Assembly (NCBI RefSeq): GCF_964253315.1 | Contig: NZ_CAXUQX020000001.1 | Span: 1,899,571-1,923,570 of the forward strand | From: Trinickia sp. LjRoot230 | Lineage (GTDB): Bacteria > Pseudomonadota > Gammaproteobacteria > Burkholderiales > Burkholderiaceae | DNA length: 24,000 nt | Reading direction: 5' to 3' | Shown: one piece after another, positions 1 to 7,928 of the stretch | How the letters are laid out: each line of letters begins with the position of its first letter | How positions within the stretch are numbered: position 1 is the first letter of the stretch | Notes under the pieces: generated by a model | What the model was told of the DNA's origin: nothing | The model's database searches: none | The model's input: the letters and a program-made list of their open reading frames with translations, nothing else | Program-made: the position numbers and the translations under genes

Positions 1-132
1 CATTTGTGCGGGGCCGATGCCGAGTGCCTTTTCGATTTGAGGTGCCGCGACGGCGAGGTTGGCGCGATCGATGTAGTTCACTGCTATCGCGAGGAAGCAT
101 AGGAGGATGACCACCCAGCGCATTTTTCTCAT
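1..132 (-). CDS. MFS transporter, anion:cation symporter (ACS) family, N-terminal 44 codons only (continues beyond window start)
   Basis: Reverse-complement translation from ATG at 130-132 gives MRKMRWVVILLCFLAIAVNYIDRANLAVAAPQIEKALGIGPAQM. This is a hydrophobic TM1 followed by the NYIDR-NL motif typical of ExuT/GudP/DgoT/LgoT-type sugar-acid transporters. GGAG lies 9 nt upstream. Not in the ORF track because it runs off the window. Confidence 0.7.
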   Translation of the reverse strand, partial: MRKMRWVVILLCFLAIAVNYIDRANLAVAAPQIEKALGIGPAQM

Positions 133-177
133 TTACACGTCTCCATTCGTTATTACTTAGTAGTGCTTACTATTTCA

Positions 178-1308
178 TTACGCGGATGCCACCGTCCGCA
201 GCGCCGTAGTAAGCCGCGGTTGATCGATCTTCAAGCCTAGCTCCACGGCCATCTCTACCACGGGCTGAAAGCGTCGCATCTTCTTTTCACTGTGATTGCG
301 CGCGATATCGGCCAAGCGGTGATCGAGAAACGGATTTTCGAACCGCTCTCGTACATCCTGCAGATAACGGCGCGCTGTATCGCCCTGACCGAGCGCATCG
401 AATACCGGCAGCACTTCCTGTTGCCAGACCGATTCGAGATCCGCCCGCAATGCCGTATCGCGCATCGCGTGCAGCGTGTTCTCGTCGGCTGCGCGGCCAT
501 CGCCGAGCCAGCGTTCGGCCAGATAGGTGTGACCAAGATTCAGCAGAAACAGCTTGAGCCGTTCGTATTGGATCAGATCGTCGGTGACGATCATCGCGTC
601 ATGCTCACAGGGCAGCACCATGCCGTCGCGACGCTCGATAGCCCACAACGCGTAGGGCTCTGCGATCGCACCAACGGGCTGAATCGGCTCGGACACGATA
701 CGATCGACAAGCGAATTGACCCAGACACAAGTGTCTTCGATATAACGCACAAACGCGGGGTCGCTGTGCCATTCCCGAGCGATACCGCTCACGAGCGCGC
801 GCAGTGTGTCGCCGTTGTTGGTGATGAGTTCGCAAGGCAGCAGCGTCAATGGCGCGGCGCCCGCTGCGAACCGCGCGTGCAGCAGAACGACGAGCTTGGC
901 CGCAAAGCCGCGCGGCACGCGCGCGCCGGGCGCGAGCAACTCGGCCGTGTCGTCGGCGAACGACAGGTAGCCGCTGTCGCTTGTATTCGAGATCACCACT
1001 TGCGCATCGTGTGCGAAGCGCTCGCATACGAGCGGCCAATCGGTGTTCGCATCGAGCGCTTCGTTGATCGCCGTGCTGTCGATCGTCGTATCGACAACCT
1101 TCTCACGCTGCACGCCGCGCACTCGCACCGGGTAACGCCGTTGCGCGCGCAGCGCTTCGATGCGCGCCCGGCTATCGGGGTTGCCCGTGGTTTGGATGAC
1201 GGTGACATGACCGAGTGCCCGCCCGCTTTGCAGCGCCTCGGAAATGAAGAGATCGGCGTGAGCCTGCAAAAACCGGCTCGTGCCGAATTGGAGAATCGGA
1301 TTTCCCAT
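178..1308 (-). CDS. Mannitol dehydrogenase-family oxidoreductase, UxaB-like (tagaturonate/altronate oxidoreductase-like), short form (~376 aa)
   Basis: ORF 178..1323. N-terminal ILQFGTSRFLQAHAD and central LLPCELITNNGDTLRALV...NSLVDRIVS match the ILQFGEGNFLRAF and IIPCELIDYNGDALREL...STLVDRIVTG blocks I recall from E. coli UxaB. The ATG at 1308 is preferred over the GTG at 1323, which abuts the upstream stop. Confidence 0.8.
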   Translation of the reverse strand: MGNPILQFGTSRFLQAHADLFISEALQSGRALGHVTVIQTTGNPDSRARIEALRAQRRYPVRVRGVQREKVVDTTIDSTAINEALDANTDWPLVCERFAHDAQVVISNTSDSGYLSFADDTAELLAPGARVPRGFAAKLVVLLHARFAAGAAPLTLLPCELITNNGDTLRALVSGIAREWHSDPAFVRYIEDTCVWVNSLVDRIVSEPIQPVGAIAEPYALWAIERRDGMVLPCEHDAMIVTDDLIQYERLKLFLLNLGHTYLAERWLGDGRAADENTLHAMRDTALRADLESVWQQEVLPVFDALGQGDTARRYLQDVRERFENPFLDHRLADIARNHSEKKMRRFQPVVEMAVELGLKIDQPRLTTALRTVASA

Positions 1309-1323
1309 GACGATTTCGCGCAC

Positions 1324-2346
1324 TCAACAATCGACGAGCGCTTTGATTACGCCGGCCTGCGGATCGAGCAGGGTGGGAAAACTCACGGGCAACTCCGCTA
1401 GCGAAAGCCTGTGCGTGTTGAGCGCGGCAGTCGGAATCTTGCCGGCGCGCATCGCTTCGAGCACCGTTTCAAAGTCGGCCGGCGTTGCATTGCGGCTTGC
1501 CAGCAGCGTCGTTTCTCGCTTATGGAACTCAGGGTCGGCAAATGAAATTCTGTCTCGCACAATGGAAATCAGCACATACTTGCCGCCGTGCGCGACGAAT
1601 TCGAGGCCACGCTCCATTGCTTTGATGTTGCCGGTGGCGTCGAAAACGACATCGAAAAACTCGTCATCGGTGAGCTGCGCGAGCTGCACTTTGTCCGTCT
1701 CGGCTTCGCTCGCATCGAGCAGCACGGTATGGTCCATGTGTAATTCGGACTCGCAAACCGCGAGCCGGTCGGCACGGCCGTCGAGTACCGTCACCACGCC
1801 GCCGCGCAGCTTGGCGAAGATCGCGGCGGCCATGCCGATCGGCCCGGCGCCGACCACCAAAACACGCTGCCCGGCTGCAACCTCCGCGCGCGCCGCCGCA
1901 TGTGCACCAATGGCGAGGAACTCGAGCATCGCGGCTTGATCGAGCGTCACGCCGTCGGCCTTGAAGGCGAACCCTTGCGGCACAGCGAGGTACTCGGCCA
2001 TCCCGCCATCGGCATGCACGCCGAGCACGCGAATGTTGACGCAGCAGTTGGTCTTGTTCGCCCGGCACGCCACGCACTGCCCGCATGACAGATAGGGCAT
2101 GACGTAGACCTGATCGCCCGCTTTGACATGTGCACCGGCAGGTGCCGACTCGACGATGCCGGCTAGCTCATGACCCATCACGCGTGGGTATGCGAGGAAG
2201 GGCTGATTGCCGGTGAAGATGTGGAGGTCGGTGCCACACACGCCGACACGCTTGATACGAATGAGGACGTCGTCAGGGCCCGCTTCGGGCATCGGGCGCT
2301 CGGCCAGGGCAAGCTTGCCCGGTTGTTCGCAAATGACTGTTTTCAT
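1324..2346 (-). CDS. Zn-dependent medium-chain dehydrogenase, L-galactonate-5-dehydrogenase (LgoD/YjjN)-like
   Basis: 340-aa ORF. It has GVCGTDLH, GNQPFLAYPRVMGHE, the structural-Zn Cys cluster CGQCVACRANKTNCC, the Rossmann motif VVGAGPIG, and FADPEFHKRETTLLASRNATPADF. All resemble LgoD as I recall it. Its stop directly abuts the next gene, consistent with an operon. Confidence 0.8.
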   Translation of the reverse strand: MKTVICEQPGKLALAERPMPEAGPDDVLIRIKRVGVCGTDLHIFTGNQPFLAYPRVMGHELAGIVESAPAGAHVKAGDQVYVMPYLSCGQCVACRANKTNCCVNIRVLGVHADGGMAEYLAVPQGFAFKADGVTLDQAAMLEFLAIGAHAAARAEVAAGQRVLVVGAGPIGMAAAIFAKLRGGVVTVLDGRADRLAVCESELHMDHTVLLDASEAETDKVQLAQLTDDEFFDVVFDATGNIKAMERGLEFVAHGGKYVLISIVRDRISFADPEFHKRETTLLASRNATPADFETVLEAMRAGKIPTAALNTHRLSLAELPVSFPTLLDPQAGVIKALVDC

Positions 2347-2402
2347 CGATGATCAGGTACCTGAGGACGAGTCGCGAAAGAGTTTTGGTCTTACCGGGCA
2401 TC

Positions 2403-2447
2403 AAAATATAAAATAACGACGAATTGGTCAAGCCAATTTTCAATTGG
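2403..2447 (-). promoter_or_regulatory. Candidate promoter of the dehydrogenase operon overlapped by a GntR-type operator
   Basis: On the minus strand: TTGACC (complement of 2426-2431), a 17-nt spacer, then TATTTT (complement of 2403-2408). On the plus strand there is a perfect inverted repeat AATTGG-tcaag-CCAATT (2422-2438) plus a third AATTGG half-site (2442-2447). This resembles the UxuR/ExuR-type AATTGGTATACCAATT box and covers the -35. It lies between the divergent regulator and operon. Confidence 0.5.
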
Positions 2448-2535
2448 ACTACGAAACAATCCGGCCTCGATTTACAATCGCCGCTCTCCGCCGGCCGCGA
2501 CAGCAGGCCGACCGTTCATCAACAGGAACCGCCCC

Positions 2536-3255
2536 GTGGCTGCCAAACCCGCCGAGACGCGACGTCTTTATCTGCAAATCGCCGACAAGCTGCGCGCATT
2601 GATGGAGCAACCGGACTTCGCGCGCAACGGCAGGCTGCCGCCCGAGCGCGAACTCGCGGAGCGGCTTGGCGTATCGCGTCCTTCGGTGCGCGAGGCGCTC
2701 GTCGCATTGGAGCTCGAAGGACGCGTCGAAATTCGGATGGGTTCCGGTGTCTACGTGTGCCCGCTTGCGGATACGGATGCCGATAGTGCTGCCGCAGCGC
2801 TGCCACGCGAGGCGGAACTCGGCGCCAGTCTCGTCGATATCATGTCGGCGCGCTCTGTCATTGAAGGCGCCGTTGCGGCAAGCGTGGCGCCCTTTGCCAA
2901 GGCCCGGGCGCTGAAAGCGCTGCGTGCAATCTACGAGAAGATGGAGTCGGAGGTTCGCGCGGGTCAGGTGCCCGACGCCGCCGATCGCGCGTTTCATACG
3001 ACGATCGCGCAGATGTCCGGCAACGAGGTGCTGACACGGCTCGTCGGTTCGCTATTCGACGAACGGCACAGTCCGCTTTCGACGAAGTTGCGCGGCCACT
3101 TCGAAAACGAGGGCACGTGGCTCGCAGCGCTTCGCGAGCACAGGGACATTCTCGAGGCGCTCGAAGCACACGACAGCGTGCAAGCGCAGGCGGCAATGCA
3201 ACGTCATATGAAGGCGTCGCTCGAACGCGTGATGGCGCAACGCAAGCAGAGCTGA
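2536..3255 (+). CDS. GntR-family transcriptional regulator, FadR subfamily (FCD C-terminal domain)
   Basis: 239-aa ORF with a GTG start. The N-terminal winged helix LPPERELAERLGVSRPSVREALVALELEGRVEIRMGSGVYV is followed by an all-helical FCD-like C-terminus. It is divergent from the sugar-acid operon. Confidence 0.85.
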   Translation: MAAKPAETRRLYLQIADKLRALMEQPDFARNGRLPPERELAERLGVSRPSVREALVALELEGRVEIRMGSGVYVCPLADTDADSAAAALPREAELGASLVDIMSARSVIEGAVAASVAPFAKARALKALRAIYEKMESEVRAGQVPDAADRAFHTTIAQMSGNEVLTRLVGSLFDERHSPLSTKLRGHFENEGTWLAALREHRDILEALEAHDSVQAQAAMQRHMKASLERVMAQRKQS

Positions 3256-3401
3256 TCGAATACGACACAGCGGGAATGCAGCGCAAATGCGATGAATACG
3301 GCGCGCGCGTTCGGTTTGCGAATCGCATCTTCGTGCAGCGATTTTATTCAATTGCGCGGCTCGCTATGCTTGGCACCTGTTTTAATGCCTTGGGGGCCGG
3401 T

Positions 3402-4121
3402 ATGCCGTCAGTATCTTCTTTTGGTGGAGACGCAAATGTCGTGATGCCGCGCGTTGGCGCGACTACTCCACTGCAACCGCTTGATGAGGACGGCGCTACG
3501 CGTCCGTCGAGTGACATGGCGATACGTGCGAGGGAGGGGCTGCTCGCGTCTTTGCCCAGACTTGAGGGGGGCATGCGTGCTATTGGCATTGCCCCTCAAG
3601 CGTCGAATGTAACCGAAGGGGTTTCGCTAATCGACTATCGCAAGCTGCATGCGCAGCTTGCCAAGTGGCGCGCTCATCCCGAGAAGTCTTTTGAAGAAGA
3701 TTTTCCAACGGTGTTGCAAGTGATGCGCACGGCAACGCCCGAGCAATGCGCCGAATTATTGGATATCGTTGCAAAGTGGACGATGCAGCCGGCGAAGGTT
3801 ATGAGCAGCAATGTAAAGCGTGCGTTGAGCGAATGCCCTTCATTAACCGACAACGTTCGGCGACAACTTGTAAATGCCATTATCGAATGGGATCTATCGG
3901 TTATCCCGCAGGACGACAAGCTGCATTGTTTTCGTCGGATCGCACAGGAAGCCTTGATGAATCACCGAGCGGATGAGCGTGATCGTTTGGTAGGGCGCCT
4001 GATGACGATGGCTGCAAAGTGCGGTAATCGCGAAGATCAAGTCCCCGCATTGGAGGGCATCGTAAGGGTTTGTTTTCCTGAGCTACTTGTCGAGCAGCAA
4101 CCGATGATCCCCGCCGCCTAA
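3402..4121 (+). CDS. Hypothetical protein (~239 aa): Ser/Gly/Pro-rich disordered N-terminus followed by a helical domain, no TM segment or signal peptide
   Basis: This is the downstream part of ORF 3117..4121, whose first ~46 codons overlap the GntR gene. The ATG at 3402 has a G-rich stretch (GGGGG) 6-10 nt upstream. Alternative in-frame ATGs are at 3276, 3366 and 3444. My hand count over 3601-3780 gives about 52% GC, against 62-65% for the flanks. I recognise no family. Confidence 0.55.
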   Translation: MPSVSSFGGDANVVMPRVGATTPLQPLDEDGATRPSSDMAIRAREGLLASLPRLEGGMRAIGIAPQASNVTEGVSLIDYRKLHAQLAKWRAHPEKSFEEDFPTVLQVMRTATPEQCAELLDIVAKWTMQPAKVMSSNVKRALSECPSLTDNVRRQLVNAIIEWDLSVIPQDDKLHCFRRIAQEALMNHRADERDRLVGRLMTMAAKCGNREDQVPALEGIVRVCFPELLVEQQPMIPAA

Positions 4122-4124
4122 TTT

Positions 4125-4163
4125 GTGCGAAGCACGGCTGATGAACACAGCCTTGCTTCGCAC
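4125..4163. terminator. Nested hairpin between convergent genes (candidate bidirectional terminator)
   Basis: GTGCGAAGCA-c-GGCTG-atgaaca-CAGCC-t-TGCTTCGCAC forms 10 + 5 bp of stem. It sits exactly between the stop of the hypothetical gene (4121) and the pirin stop (4197). There is no U-tract on either strand. Confidence 0.45.
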
Positions 4164-4196
4164 GATTACTGACTACAGGCTAGGTACCCGCCGGCT

Positions 4197-4922
4197 TCAC
4201 GACCAAAAGTCCGACACCTCGATATTGCGCAAATCGAACACGAGTACCTCTGCGTCGTGGCCGTTGGCGAAATCGAGGCTGCGCTCGCCGCGCACCCGCA
4301 TGCCATCGCCCTCGGACAATGTGTGCCCATTCACCATCACGCTGCCGCGCGCGACATGCACATAAGCGAAGCGCTCCGCAGCAAGGGTGAGGCTCGCGCG
4401 CTCGTCACCGTCGAATAGCCCCGCATAAACGCGGGCATCCTGCCGCAATTCCAGTGACTGATCGGCGCCGTCCGGCGACATAATGATCCGCAATTTGCCG
4501 CGTTTTTCTGCTGGCGAAAACATCTGTTGCTGATAGCGCGGTGTGGCGCCGCTCTTCTCGGTAGCGAGCCAGATCTGCAGAAAATGCACGGTCTCGCTGC
4601 TCGAATGGTTGAACTCGCTGTGCACGACGCCCGTACCCGCGCTCATCAATTGAACGTCGCCGGGTGTGATGACCGAACCCGTGCCCATCGAATCCTTGTG
4701 TTCGAGCGCGCCTTCCAGCACGTACGAAAAAATCTCGACGTCCCGATGCGGATGCTTGCCGAAGCCACGACCCGGCATGACCCGGTCGTCGTTGATGACG
4801 AGCAGGTCGGAAAACCCCATCTGCTTCGGATCGTAGTAATTCGCAAACGAAAACGTATGGCGGGAGTTGAGCCAGCCGTGTTCCGCATGACCTCGTTCAT
4901 CAGCGCGTCTGATTTCAAACAT
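4197..4922 (-). CDS. Pirin-family protein (YhhW/quercetin 2,3-dioxygenase-like bicupin)
   Basis: MFEIRRADERGHAEHGWLNSRHTFSFANYYDP...HPHRDVEIFSYVLEGALEHKDS...VQLMSAGTGVVHSEFN are the canonical pirin cupin motifs. The start at 4922 has GGAGG 6 nt upstream. The 24-codon extension in the ORF track is unlikely to be real. Confidence 0.9.
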   Translation of the reverse strand: MFEIRRADERGHAEHGWLNSRHTFSFANYYDPKQMGFSDLLVINDDRVMPGRGFGKHPHRDVEIFSYVLEGALEHKDSMGTGSVITPGDVQLMSAGTGVVHSEFNHSSSETVHFLQIWLATEKSGATPRYQQQMFSPAEKRGKLRIIMSPDGADQSLELRQDARVYAGLFDGDERASLTLAAERFAYVHVARGSVMVNGHTLSEGDGMRVRGERSLDFANGHDAEVLVFDLRNIEVSDFWS

Positions 4923-5065
4923 ATCGACCTCCGGTTGTTGGGTTGAGGCCGCGAGCCGTTCGCTGCCATTCACCATTCGCTCAGTGTAAGTCAACTTAAA
5001 CGGCTTAAATCATGGGAGAATGCGAATCACTGTCTCAAATTAGTGGACATTCAGTAAGCACTCCT

Positions 5066-5956
5066 ATGCAACTCGACGATCTGCGAATCTTTGTTGTTAC
5101 GGTCGAAGCGCGTAATTTCACCGCCGCGGCGGATCGTCTCCAATTGTCGAAGCAGTTCGTAAGCCGCCGCGTAATGGCACTCGAGGCCGGTCTCGGTGTG
5201 CGCTTGCTCGTGCGCAATACGCGCAAGCTCACGGTAACCGACCTGGGCCAGGAGCTTTACGAGCGGGCGAAGCGAATCCTGGCCGAGGTGACGGATGCCG
5301 AGCAGGCCATGTCGCTGCGACGCTCGCAGCCGCGGGGCTTGCTGCGCGTCAGCGCGCCGATGTCGTTCGGCACGACGCATTTGTCGCCGCTCGTTGCCGA
5401 CTTCATGCGTGGCAACTCGGAGGTGCGTGTCGATATCGAACTGAGTGACCGGGTCGTCGATTTGATTGGCGACGGCTTCGACATGGCGCTGCGCATCGGA
5501 ACGCTGTCGGATTCGACGCTGATCGCACAAAAGCTTGCCGAGATCCGGATGGTGACCTGTTGTTCGCCGGCTTATCGCGCAGCGCGCCGGCCGCCGGCGA
5601 CACCGGAGGACCTGATTCGGCACCCGTGTTTGCTCTACGGGCAGGAAGGGCGCACGGGTTGGGAGTTCGTCATCGACGGCGTAAAGCGCGCTATCGAAGT
5701 GCGGGGCCCGCTGCGTGCCAATAATGGTGAAGTGATTCGTGATGCCGCCATCGCGGGGTTGGGCGTAGCGCTACTGCCCGAATTCATCGTTTCGGCTGCG
5801 ATTGCGAATGGGGAATTGATCGAATTGCTCGATGTATTCGCGGCGCCTGCGCTCGCGCTTTATGCCGTGTGCCCGCAACATCGCGAAAGCTCGCTCACTA
5901 TCCGCGCGTTCACGCAATTCTTGCGACAGCGCTTCGCGCGGGCGCTAGGCATTTGA
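5066..5956 (+). CDS. LysR-family transcriptional regulator
   Basis: MQLDDLRIFVVTVEARNFTAAADRLQLSKQFVSRRVMALEAGLGVRLLVRNTRKLTVT is a typical LTTR helix-turn-helix, followed by a substrate-binding domain. It is divergent from pirin, a classic pairing. The start is chosen at the M that gives the canonical LTTR N-terminus. Confidence 0.9.
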   Translation: MQLDDLRIFVVTVEARNFTAAADRLQLSKQFVSRRVMALEAGLGVRLLVRNTRKLTVTDLGQELYERAKRILAEVTDAEQAMSLRRSQPRGLLRVSAPMSFGTTHLSPLVADFMRGNSEVRVDIELSDRVVDLIGDGFDMALRIGTLSDSTLIAQKLAEIRMVTCCSPAYRAARRPPATPEDLIRHPCLLYGQEGRTGWEFVIDGVKRAIEVRGPLRANNGEVIRDAAIAGLGVALLPEFIVSAAIANGELIELLDVFAAPALALYAVCPQHRESSLTIRAFTQFLRQRFARALGI

Positions 5957-6074
5957 TGCGTTGCGTGGGAAGCGTTGCTTGGGGCAATACCTTGCCGGCA
6001 AAGTCGAGCGACGTTGCCGGCGTGGTATCAAGGCACGAGAGACGCTTCGGGCGTCGGTGCATCTATCAGGACAC

Positions 6075-6287
6075 TCAGTACATCTTCTTCGGCGGTTGCG
6101 AGCGGCGAACCTGCTTGCGCAACCGGGCCACTGCGGCGGCTTTCTTGCGCTTGCGCTCGGCGGTGGGCTTTTCGTAGCTCATCCGGGCGCGAAGCTCTTT
6201 CAGGAGACCAGTGCTTTCAATAGCGCGCCGAAAGCGGCGGAGTGCAACTTCGAGCGGTTCATTCAGTTTAGGCGTAACGGTTGTCAA
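6075..6287 (-). CDS. rpsU: 30S ribosomal protein S21 (bS21), standalone copy with TTG start
   Basis: (L/M)[69 protein letters not shown] is 70 aa, the canonical S21 length and motifs. The TTG at 6285-6287 (complement) is preceded by AAGGA 6 nt upstream. The gene is not linked to dnaG or rpoD. Confidence 0.85.
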   Translation of the reverse strand: MTTVTPKLNEPLEVALRRFRRAIESTGLLKELRARMSYEKPTAERKRKKAAAVARLRKQVRRSQPPKKMY

Positions 6288-6710
6288 GTCGTTCCTTGGT
6301 TGGGACTCCAGCGGCGTCGTGCTAAGCGCTTTTGAGCGCATCAACTCGCCGCCCAGGCGCATGAGTCATTCATCAGTCAAGGACAGACGCGCCAAGTGTT
6401 ATATCTGTCGATGATATCGTGCCCCGTTTCCATGAGCCGTAGCCGACGGGTTGGGCCATATCGGCCTTGCAAACGGCCTGCCAACACAATCTATCGGCGA
6501 AAAAGCTCGAGCGCGCGCGGAAAAAAGAAGGGGAGCGAGGGGCTCCGGCCGGGCATCAGGGCGATGCCGATGCGATCGTTCCGCGGCAAAGGGCAAGTCA
6601 CTATACACGTTATTGCCCGGTTGACCCGACGTTTTTTCATTAGTAGCGCTCGAAAAGCGAGCCGGATCATGGCTTTCCGCGTTATTTCGAGAGGCAGCGC
6701 AACAAGCTGC

Positions 6711-6739
6711 TTGACAGTCCGAACGGTGCCGGATACTAT
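6711..6739 (+). promoter_or_regulatory. Sigma70-type promoter for the cold-shock gene
   Basis: TTGACA (6711-6716), an exactly 17-nt spacer, then TACTAT (6734-6739). This predicts a roughly 150-nt 5' leader before the csp ATG at 6897. That is comparable to the long thermosensing leader of E. coli cspA. Confidence 0.55.
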
Positions 6740-6896
6740 TCGAATCTGAAGTTTTCAAGAAGTCCGATTGCTGCTCATCAGTTCACCGCTTGTCGCGCTG
6801 TATTCGTTGTCCTCTCCCTGCTTGATACTTTGACTCTGCACCCGCGAAATTTTTCGCTGGGCGCGTATATGTTTATTTTTTGCTTTAAGGATTTTT

Positions 6897-7100
6897 ATGG
6901 ATACGGGTATCGTCAAGTGGTTCAACGACAGCAAGGGCTTCGGCTTTATTACGCCTGACGCAGGCGGCGACGATTTGTTCGCGCATTTTTCGGAGATTCG
7001 TGGCGAAGGCTTCAAAACGCTCGCCGAGAACCAACGCGTGCAGTACGAAACCAAGCGTGGCCCCAAGGGCCTGCAGGCCGCGAATATCACGGCGCTGTAA
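6897..7100 (+). CDS. Cold-shock protein, CspA family (67 aa)
   Basis: [34 protein letters not shown] carries the RNP1 (KGFGFI) and RNP2 (LFAHF) motifs. AAGGA lies 6 nt upstream of the ATG. Confidence 0.95.
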   Translation: MDTGIVKWFNDSKGFGFITPDAGGDDLFAHFSEIRGEGFKTLAENQRVQYETKRGPKGLQAANITAL

Positions 7101-7138
7101 TTTGAAGTGCCTGCGCCGGCCTCAGCGCCGGTGCCGTT

Positions 7139-7175
7139 GCACGGCATCGAATGCTCGATGTCGTGCGCTACTTTT
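7139..7175 (+). terminator. Candidate intrinsic terminator of csp
   Basis: GCACGgCATCGA-atgc-TCGATGtCGTGC forms a 12-bp stem (one G-U pair) with a 4-nt loop. It is followed by gctaCTTTT, about 40 nt downstream of the csp stop. Confidence 0.55.
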
Positions 7176-7282
7176 CCAGCTTCGATTCCTTCGGCCTCGG
7201 TTTACTACGGCTCTTCAATCTGCAGGTCAGTCGCCCTGCTGCTGGTCAATCATTCCACGGATAAACGCTTTTCACGTGCGCA

Positions 7283-7558
7283 ATGCAGCGTGAGGCAAGT
7301 TCCGTTCAAAACAAAATTAAAATGCGTAATTCACGTTCACACTCACATGTTCAGCACTACCGCGGTTATGCGGTACAGTCTTCGGCGCATCGTTTGCCCG
7401 ACGGGTATTTTTCCTCGAACCTGATGATCGAGCGATCGACCCTACCGGTCTCGTCGGATCGCTACGATTTTTATGCGCTCGATTATTTTTCGAACGAAGC
7501 CGAAGCAATCGATTTTTCGAAGCGCTGGGCGCGTCATTGGATCGACTCGCGCGGTTGA
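7283..7558 (+). CDS. Small hypothetical protein (78-91 aa; start ambiguous, 7283 or 7322)
   Basis: The ORF encodes ...HYRGYAVQSSAHRLPDGYFSSNLMIERS...YDFYALDYFSNEAEAIDFSKRWARHWIDSRG. I could not identify an SD sequence. The YRG-aromatic N-motif and the F-x-EA...ID C-motif recur in the ORF at 7888..8181. Confidence 0.5.
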   Translation: MQREASSVQNKIKMRNSRSHSHVQHYRGYAVQSSAHRLPDGYFSSNLMIERSTLPVSSDRYDFYALDYFSNEAEAIDFSKRWARHWIDSRG

Positions 7559-7589
7559 TCGGCTCGGTCACGCGTATGCCAGGCGATAC

Positions 7590-7607
7590 CCGCAAGCTTG
7601 CTTGCGG
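7590..7607. terminator. Short hairpin between convergent small genes
   Basis: CCGCAAG-cttg-CTTGCGG (7-bp stem, 4-nt loop) lies between the plus-strand stop at 7558 and the minus-strand stop at 7608. There is no U-tract. Confidence 0.3.
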
Positions 7608-7928
7608 TCAGAGGAAAGCCAAAAGCGCAAGCTGATGCCGCGTTTCGCCGCCTTTTACGAGCGAATAGAGACACGCCTGCTTGCGTTCTTGCTGCGTCCA
7701 TCCGTTGTCGTCGATGAACCGGTCCCAGCGCGCATCTTCGAGCGAGATAGGCCGCCCACGCGTGCGCGCGAACGATTGCAGCATTCGGCTGGCCGATCGG
7801 CGCATCAACGTGCCGCTCTCGTCGAGAACATACGATTCGTGTCCGATGCGGATGACGAGATAGTGCGGATGGATGGGCGTGTTCACGTCATTGCACATCC
7901 CATAGACTGTCGCCGCCGGTGCTGGCAT
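7608..7928 (-). CDS. Small hypothetical protein (96-106 aa; start 7898 or 7928), second gene of a two-gene operon
   Basis: High GC3 in frame. Sequence: MCNDVNTPIHPHYLVIRIGHESYVLDESGTLMRRSASRMLQSFARTRGRPISLEDARWDRFIDDNGWTQQERKQACLYSLV. The start overlaps the upstream gene's end by 11 nt (ATGTGCAATGA) or 41 nt. Confidence 0.6.
   Translation of the reverse strand: MPAPAATVYGMCNDVNTPIHPHYLVIRIGHESYVLDESGTLMRRSASRMLQSFARTRGRPISLEDARWDRFIDDNGWTQQERKQACLYSLVKGGETRHQLALLAFL

Noticed and set aside
292-1401. 369-aa plus-strand ORF. The same class includes 18168..19247 (-), 10862..11686 (-), 9924..10946 (+), 11818..12768 (-), 10053..10679 (-) and 7473..8054 (+)
   Set aside because: Each overlaps a gene with clear family motifs, either antisense or in an alternate frame. 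All encode Arg/Ala/Pro-biased sequences without motifs, so they are typical high-GC shadow ORFs.
3371-3385. Sigma54-like TGGCAC-N5-TT element upstream of the orphan gene
   Set aside because: The -24 TGGCAC is present, but the -12 element reads TTAA instead of TTGC (no GC dinucleotide). The site also lies only about 17 nt from the preferred start codon.
3117-3401. 5' extension of the orphan ORF overlapping the GntR gene
   Set aside because: The first 46 codons overlap the 3' end of the GntR gene in another frame with GntR-like GC content. The composition shift and a G-rich SD-like stretch favour a start at about 3402.
6288-6362. 25-codon N-terminal extension of S21 (track ORF starts at the ATG at 6362)
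   Set aside because: The extension ([25 protein letters not shown]) has no counterpart in S21 proteins. The TTG at 6287 with an AAGGA SD gives exactly the canonical 70-aa protein.
6396-6758. Overlapping 117-aa (+) and 119-aa (-) ORFs in the rpsU/csp intergenic region
   Set aside because: They occupy the same DNA on opposite strands, have no SD sequences, and encode Arg/Ser-rich sequences with no motifs. The region also contains the predicted csp promoter, so it is more likely regulatory DNA.
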